Below are positions 53,501 to 64,000 of a stretch of 64,000 nucleotides of DNA, piece after piece. The position numbers and the translations under genes are program-made. The notes beneath the pieces were generated by a model, which was not told the DNA's origin, did no database searches, and saw only the letters and a program-made list of their open reading frames with translations. Origin of the DNA: Balanoglossus misakiensis (taxonomy: Eukaryota > Animalia > Hemichordata); contig CM082597.2 of assembly GCA_040954595.2 (NCBI GenBank), positions 7,093,849 to 7,157,848 of the forward strand. The letters are read 5' to 3'. Position 1 is the first letter of the stretch, and the number at the start of each line of letters is the position of its first letter.

Positions 53501-56500
53501 TAAATTGAAGACACTGATATCTTATGCAAGGGAAGATGGGTCTGGGGAATTCATTGATAACAATGGCATACTGTCAATGGAGAACATGGGAAAAGCCTGG
53601 GCAGACATCAAAAGTGAAGATCGTGGCTCACTTTTAGATCTTTTTACATCATTGCGTATCTGTTTTGCATTAGGTGATGAACAAACATCAGTTGAAGGGA
53701 AGAAGGGTTTTCTGTTTCCTTGTAAGTTACCCGTTGGTCAACCATCACAAGATAGTTGGTATCCCTATCCCAAAGACAAGGACAGACAGGCTAGTCACCT
53801 TTATCGATTTGGCTTTCTACCTCCACTGTTTTTCTGTGATCTAATAGTAGCAGTCAATGAGAAGGCCATCTTTGCAAAGTCAAGTCATCCCACATACACA
53901 CGAAATAACATTGTGTTTTGGTGCAGTGAGAAGCTGGAACCATGCGGTGAATGTGTCAAGTCAGGTGGTTTTGATAGCAGTGTTAATGCTGCACACCATG
54001 TGCGTTTTGAGTTGCTTTACCATAGCAACAGTATCCTTGTCAGTGCTAGAGGACCACATGCTTGCTGCCTCCTGCAACAACTCCAAGGTATCATGAAGGA
54101 TGTTCTCAACACCCCTCAGTACATAAATGTTGATATGAAGGTACCAGAGTCCCTATCATGCCCACATTGCATTGTTCAGGGTGAACCCTTCATTGGAGAA
54201 ATGACACAGAGTGGAAGCAGTCTAATATGTTCCATCCCCACATCACGGGGTCACACATTTGACAGCAGATTAGACCTACTACAGTGGCATGGTGTAGAAA
54301 GACCAATTTCTACCCAGACTAGATTAGACATGTCCAAAGACATGCGCTGCCCAAGTCACTTTGTTATGCTGTCGGTTAACGCAGGCAGCCTATCAGTTGT
54401 GGGTCAACTGAGACGGTATGTGTTTTCCCACTTCTCTGATGGTTATGCAGTTCACTTGCTTTGTGAAAACCCACAACAGTTGCATTTCATTGATTCCCCA
54501 GGATATCGAGTTAGAAATGTGAATGGTTTTCTCAAGAAGTATGGCACACATATGTGTAGAATTCTGAAGTTCATCGAGCTAGCAGGTGGTCTTCTGAAGT
54601 TCATTCCAGATCCAACCGGTACTGCTGCTGCAGCAGCAACTGATCAAACAGGTAACTTACTGTCAGAAGTCTTGGATGATTTCGGAAGCAAGTATCCAGA
54701 ATTGAATGACATATCCAGAGAGCCACTACAAAAGTCAATGGAGGAGATAGAAAAGATGAAATCATCACCACACCGCAGAGATTTCCAACGCTTTCTCGGT
54801 AAAGTTGATGAAGATGGACAGTTTGGGGGCCTACAGCCAATAGCATATGGCAAGGGTGTAATTTGGGTTTGTGAAACTCACTTTCGTGAGCTGGCAAGTA
54901 CACACTGCCCTTACTAAGCAGCTACCAATACCGATGAATTGATCAAAAAGCTCATAATAGTGTTATGTCAATGTTCAACAAGGACCTGAATCATCGGCCC
55001 TTTACCGGTATTTGTCCAGTTTCGCATTCAGTCGGTTTCAACCATGACCTCATGCAGAATTGATTGGTGTAATTAACCAACAGATGCACTTGTTGTATGC
55101 AAACACCTCCCACCTGTTGAATTCTCCCACCAATTAATGTGTCTGTCATTCACCCAATTGAATTCAAAATTCAAATACATCACTGACAAGCTACAAACCA
55201 GTGATCAGTGACCACCAAACGTAAATCATATATTCACACACTGTTATGTTTAATTTTCATCATGGCAGTTTCCTACCACACATTATGTGGCTTAGCTGCG
55301 AATAAACCGATATTCATCCAGAATGTCTTCTGGTTTTAACAATGTCTGTGTGATCGAGTACACTGGATTAAGTTGTACCCTACAGAAACGTTTGAATATG
55401 GAACATACTATTCAGAGATTGCAATCTTGTGACACAGGATTCACAGTAGATGCTATAACATACCAGTATATAGGTCTTCTACTGTGGTGTCATATTTGCT
55501 ACATTTATTAATCAAATGACCCAGGTTATCTTGATAGACAAGTTCATGAAATTTAGGTATCATGGTTATTAAGGATGTTTATTTTAACAACTATCTCATA
55601 GTTAAAAAACTTGATTGATGTGGGGAAATTCACATATTAATGAACAAAGTATTTGTGATCCATGAATGTACATCAAGTACTGTAATTTTGATATCTTCAG
55701 AGCTGGATTGAGTTTTGGGGTTAGTGGTATAGGGGTCACGATAATTTTGAGTGGGACAGATTTGCTGACCCACCCCAGCTGTAACAAATGAATGCTCCCT
55801 AAGCCAATGTTCCACTCAGAGCTATATTATTCCAATAAGTCCATTTCAGTCACCAGTTCCAACTGATATACAGTATGTTGCTTGGTGCTTAATGATTTAA
55901 TCGTCAGTTCTTGTAAATTTCATGAAATAATATTGACTTAGTGCTTCACACATTTAATGTATTTCTAAAGATATTAATTCCTCTTAAAGTATACTGTAAG
56001 TTAAAGTTATGTAAAATATTGTGGAATATTCCACAATTGCCTACTTATCTTTTGAAAAGTACAAGTGATTGTTACAGATATAACACCTTTAGCAAAGGGA
56101 GGTGATTTATATTCATACAAGATATAATTGTCCTCAGTGAAGTTTTATATCCACTACAACCATTTATAATCCTTATAATTTGGTAATTTACATTTGATAA
56201 ATTAAATAAAGTTTCTATTTCAAATGTGATTTTTGGCTTTGGGTAAATTATGCTAGTTCAAAGGCCTCATCATGTTCCAGCATTGCCAGACATGGTCATA
56301 CCAACATGTTCTAGAATTTCTGAATAGCACAACTTACCGGTAGTAGCTGCAAACGACAATTACTACCTCATTTTTGATTTCATTTTTTTAAAATCATTTA
56401 CTGTTCAAGGCCTACGTCTTCTAGTTTGAAACATTATCTGGCTTTTTGGCATACAAAGCTATTAATTGTAACCTGTTATGAAAGATTCTGTTATGACTGA

Positions 56501-56506
56501 TTGGCA

Positions 56507-56558
56507 ATTGATTGATTGTTTGGGTGATTGATTGATTGATTGATTGATTAATTGATTG
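56507..56558. repeat. (GATT)n microsatellite
   Basis: Direct reading. Confidence 0.85.
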
Positions 56559-57143
56559 GTTTAATTACTTGCCACATATTCCAGGAAAGGGCACCCGGCA
56601 CTTGAAATTTGGTACAAGATGTAACACCAACCAAAATCAACGTTTATAGGCGATGTGGAAAAGAAGAATGACAAGGTAAATTAGGGCTTAGATTTTAGAG
56701 TGTATTTCATGACATTTCACGCCATGCCAATTTTCATGTCACTTGTAGTGAGTCAGGGGGTACTTTCGCATGTTGAAAAAGTGTGTGTGAGCTTGGTAGT
56801 CTAGCCATGCAGTTTCATTATTGGTCATTGACAATATACTGTACGTGGTATAGTGATGATTGAATTGTCTATTTATACAGACTTAAAACTGAATCACCAC
56901 ACACTGCACATTACATGTGATTATTGTAAATCCGTTCAGTATTTTGCAACTCTCCATGCAGTACTTTGCAATGTCTGAAAAATTGGACGAATTTCGGAAT
57001 ACCTAAAAATGATGTGATAATATTTCAAGTTAAACAAAATTTTTTATAAGGCTTTACAATGCCTTTATTATACCTCGAATCGAGCACACGTAAAACACGT
57101 CAAACTGTAACTAAATGTGTAAGTATAGAAGTCAGAAGCGTAC

Positions 57144-57362
57144 TTACAGAACAGAACTGCTAACAATGATGTAATGTGTGACTGGCATCAATAACATTAC
57201 CAATTTGAAAAATTTGTTGGCAGTCATACTGTTATCTAGGTAATAATACCGTGCACGGGTAACCCTCTTCGTTTTACTCGTTGTGTCCCCAGTTATAAAA
57301 GCACTGACTACAAAAAGTCCGGACACGCACAAAAGTATCAAAGTCAGTTGCATGTTTCGCAT
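57144..57362 (-). CDS. Possible small secreted peptide ORF (72 aa)
   Basis: MRNMQLTLILLCVSGLFVVSA looks like a signal peptide, followed by a KR dibasic site. A degenerate paralogous segment lies at ~57630-57900. No recognised family. Confidence 0.25.
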   Translation of the reverse strand: MRNMQLTLILLCVSGLFVVSAFITGDTTSKTKRVTRARYYYLDNSMTANKFFKLVMLLMPVTHYIIVSSSVL

Positions 57363-59625
57363 GCTGATCGATGGTTTGGTGCGACTGCCTTGTAGACTGA
57401 CAATGCTGTTTGTGTTTGGATAATATTTTATCAGTAAAGAACTCCTAACTTCAAGAATATTACTCGACATGTGATAGCTGGATTGAGGTCCAGGACGTAT
57501 ATCCGTTTCAAGTGACAGCAAAAAAACGAATGTAAGATTTCACGACATACCTGTGACATATTGCATTGAGAAACAATGTCTGAAAAAATTGGACGAATTT
57601 CAGAGCTGTATTGGCAGGCCTGAATCAGGTATTACAGAACAGGACTGCACACACTGATGAAATGTCTGACGCGTCAATAACATCACCATTCACCAATTTT
57701 GAAAATAAGTTGGCAGCCATATTGTTGCATAAGTGATAATAATACTGAGAGGGTCAACTTCAGAGGGTGTCAATCTAGTGCATGTTCTTGCCAAACCATT
57801 TGTTTCCGAATCAATGGTCAAACTATCCAGTATACATACTCTGTGCTGCTTCTGCACTAAGCCAAATCGCGACCACACCGCATGTGATAGATACTTTCAA
57901 TGAGTTGATATCGCATATAAACACAAGATTCAGTCCTCAACAAACACTGGCACTGAAGTCATGGACTTTATCTATTGATGACTGATCTATACTTTGTGAC
58001 ATGGTAAACTGTTCATTCATCCCTCCTTAACATTTTCTGCCTCTCTGTCAATTGTTTGTAGGTGTAAAGGTCAAAAAGGCGAAATTGTAACAAACTCAAA
58101 CCCCTCATTTGATAAAACAGCATGACTTTTATTGAAATCTATCATTTGTGTACTAGATGTGTGTGTCAAAATTGTTTATGGCAATAGGTTACATAATTGA
58201 TAAAATATATCTTGTATATTCTTCCTCAATGTCAATCGGATATCCTGGATTAGGAACAATGACCAATCAAGATGACTTGCAAGAATAATCTGTGGGTGAT
58301 TTTATTCTCAAGATTGTGAATACTATGAGTTCCTGTTCATCTGTTTGTTTTTGCCATAGAAAATGTCAGTAGCAGTAAGGTCTGAATACATGTATCTAAA
58401 TTACAAATAAGTAAGGTAAAAATTGGGACTCTTTAGGTAACAAGGCTCTTACAATGCAAGCTACAAAACTGCAGTTGATTGGTGACTACTTTTGATATCA
58501 CGTGACGTAAACAGCAGGTCATTGACCATTACATCTTCCATAGTACATCGAACATTGTTAGAGAAAAAAAATTCATAAGTTTAAAAGTATTACTAAGGTA
58601 TTATGTTTTACTATAATGACGTGGGTTTTCGGTAAGTAAATTGTTCCAAATAAACTATACTGAGTAATATTTTTAAAAGTTCTGAAGAGTATCTTGTTAT
58701 AGCGTAGTTTTTTTGTTTCAGTGTTATGCAGTTTAAGAGAACTACCAAATGCTAACGTCAACGGTGATTATTCAATTCAATTTTTTCACAGTACTTTTGT
58801 ACTGAGGCAAATGTGGCATAAGTAAGGTCTTCGTTTGATTAGAGTAGCTAGAAATAACAACAGGTAAGATTAGACTTCAGTGGTTAGAGAGTGTTAGTTT
58901 GAGGTCGATCATACCCAGCGGTGTATTTTGTTTTCTTTACGTTTAAAGTATAAACTGATGGATATTAATTTTCTTGGTGGTTCAGTTATTTACCAGAGGA
59001 TGGACATTGAGACACCGAGTGCATAATCGTTCTTTCTGGTACATATTAATTATCTTTCAATCAACATTATTTTACTCATTTGCGAGGCCACAAAAAACCT
59101 GTCTTGTATGTTTGCCGTGGTTTCCAACTTTAAAATGTAGGAGTGTAAGCCAGAGTTCAAGTACATTTTATCATGCGCGTGTTTAGCTATTAGTAGTAGC
59201 TGAGATATACAATGTTTTAAACAATAAGCAATATTCATGTGGTTGGTATATGTATTACATAGCAGACATCTTTCTAAACTCCAACGATGTTTCAGCCCGA
59301 GACTTTTCACACAGACTTGGTGGTGCCATTGATGTGGATAGAATGTGAATCAAACCTGTTTTAATACAATGAAAAAAATTAGAACTTTAAAAGGCATATG
59401 CCACTGGTTCTTGACTCACATTCACTTAGAGTTAAAACAAGCTAAATCATCGCACAGTTCGCACGATTGCACAGTTCACACCAAACAGATCGAGCAAAAC
59501 CACTAGGCTTTATAATCCGCAGACGTTTCAAAAGGTTGCCTCTTAAAGCTTATGTTATCCAGTTGAGTTTCACTGCTTTAGAACAATGACAGATATATCA
59601 TTATAGACAAGAACTGACTTACATC

Positions 59626-63754
<4,129 letters not shown>

Positions 63755-64000
63755 CTATTAAACATAGAAAAATACAGATTTACAGCAAATGCCTTTTCGA
63801 TTCCTGGAAATAAATTGACGACATAAACAATCCGATTTTAAATCAATTTAAGGTGGCATTGCATGAAAAGTTGTGATTTTTGCCAAATTTTACTTTTTTA
63901 CAAAAATCGGTAGGTCTAATACTGATCCACATTCTGACAAATGTGTCTTGGCAGAAATGGTGCATAATCACCCAAAATTTACTCAAATTTTAACAGGGGA

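Larger units (their letters stand above)
44636..54917 (+). pseudogene. ROCO gene, DED-linker-ankyrin(3.5)-LRR-ROC-COR (MFHAS1/LRRK-like), disrupted by a transposon in exon 4 and an in-frame TAG
   Basis: Exons 44636-44702, 45104-45409 (DED), 45998-46228, 46627-46661+48491-48559 (split by TE), 49091-49189, 49716-49817, 50063-50161 (ankyrin: TALHDAV, TPLHWAA, TPLHYAV), 50876-50917, 51264-51335 and 51729-54917. LRR: LFLTNNGL, LDVSNNSI, ISIEGNP. ROC: G1 GHEGVGKT, G3 DFAG, G4 GTHAD. COR start: IPEKW..VLDPQWL. TAG at 53268-53270 is in frame with ORF 53316-54917. Confidence 0.82.

Noticed and set aside
51783-54917. Two separate genes (495 aa and 533 aa)
   Set aside because: Same frame, separated by a single TAG within a continuous ROC-COR sequence.

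Overview
AT-rich, intron-containing animal genomic DNA; gene and repeat content suggest a marine invertebrate (inference). The window is an innate-immunity-like locus. (1) Three tandem 12-16 kb duplicated units (about 1-42.7 kb) each carry a minus-strand multi-exon gene encoding death-effector domain (DED) - Ser/Thr linker - NACHT NTPase - an unusual ~160-aa super-repeat region. Copies 1 and 3 look intact; copy 2 has a 1-bp frameshift. (2) Head-to-head with this array, an inverted copy of the same upstream region and the same DED and linker exons splices in frame onto ankyrin, LRR, ROC and COR exons. This gives a DED-ANK-LRR-ROC-COR (ROCO) gene at 44636-54917, interrupted by a 1.8-kb TIR transposon in exon 4 and an in-frame TAG. 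(3) A minus-strand FN3-TM receptor tyrosine pseudokinase (HRD>HRY, DFG>NFS) runs off the right edge. Several non-autonomous elements distinguish the duplicated units: nested Helentron-like elements, Harbinger-like MITEs, a candidate solo LTR and a bipartite inverted-repeat element. All exon models were built by hand from GT(GC)-AG sites, reading phase and paralog comparison; no database searches were run.
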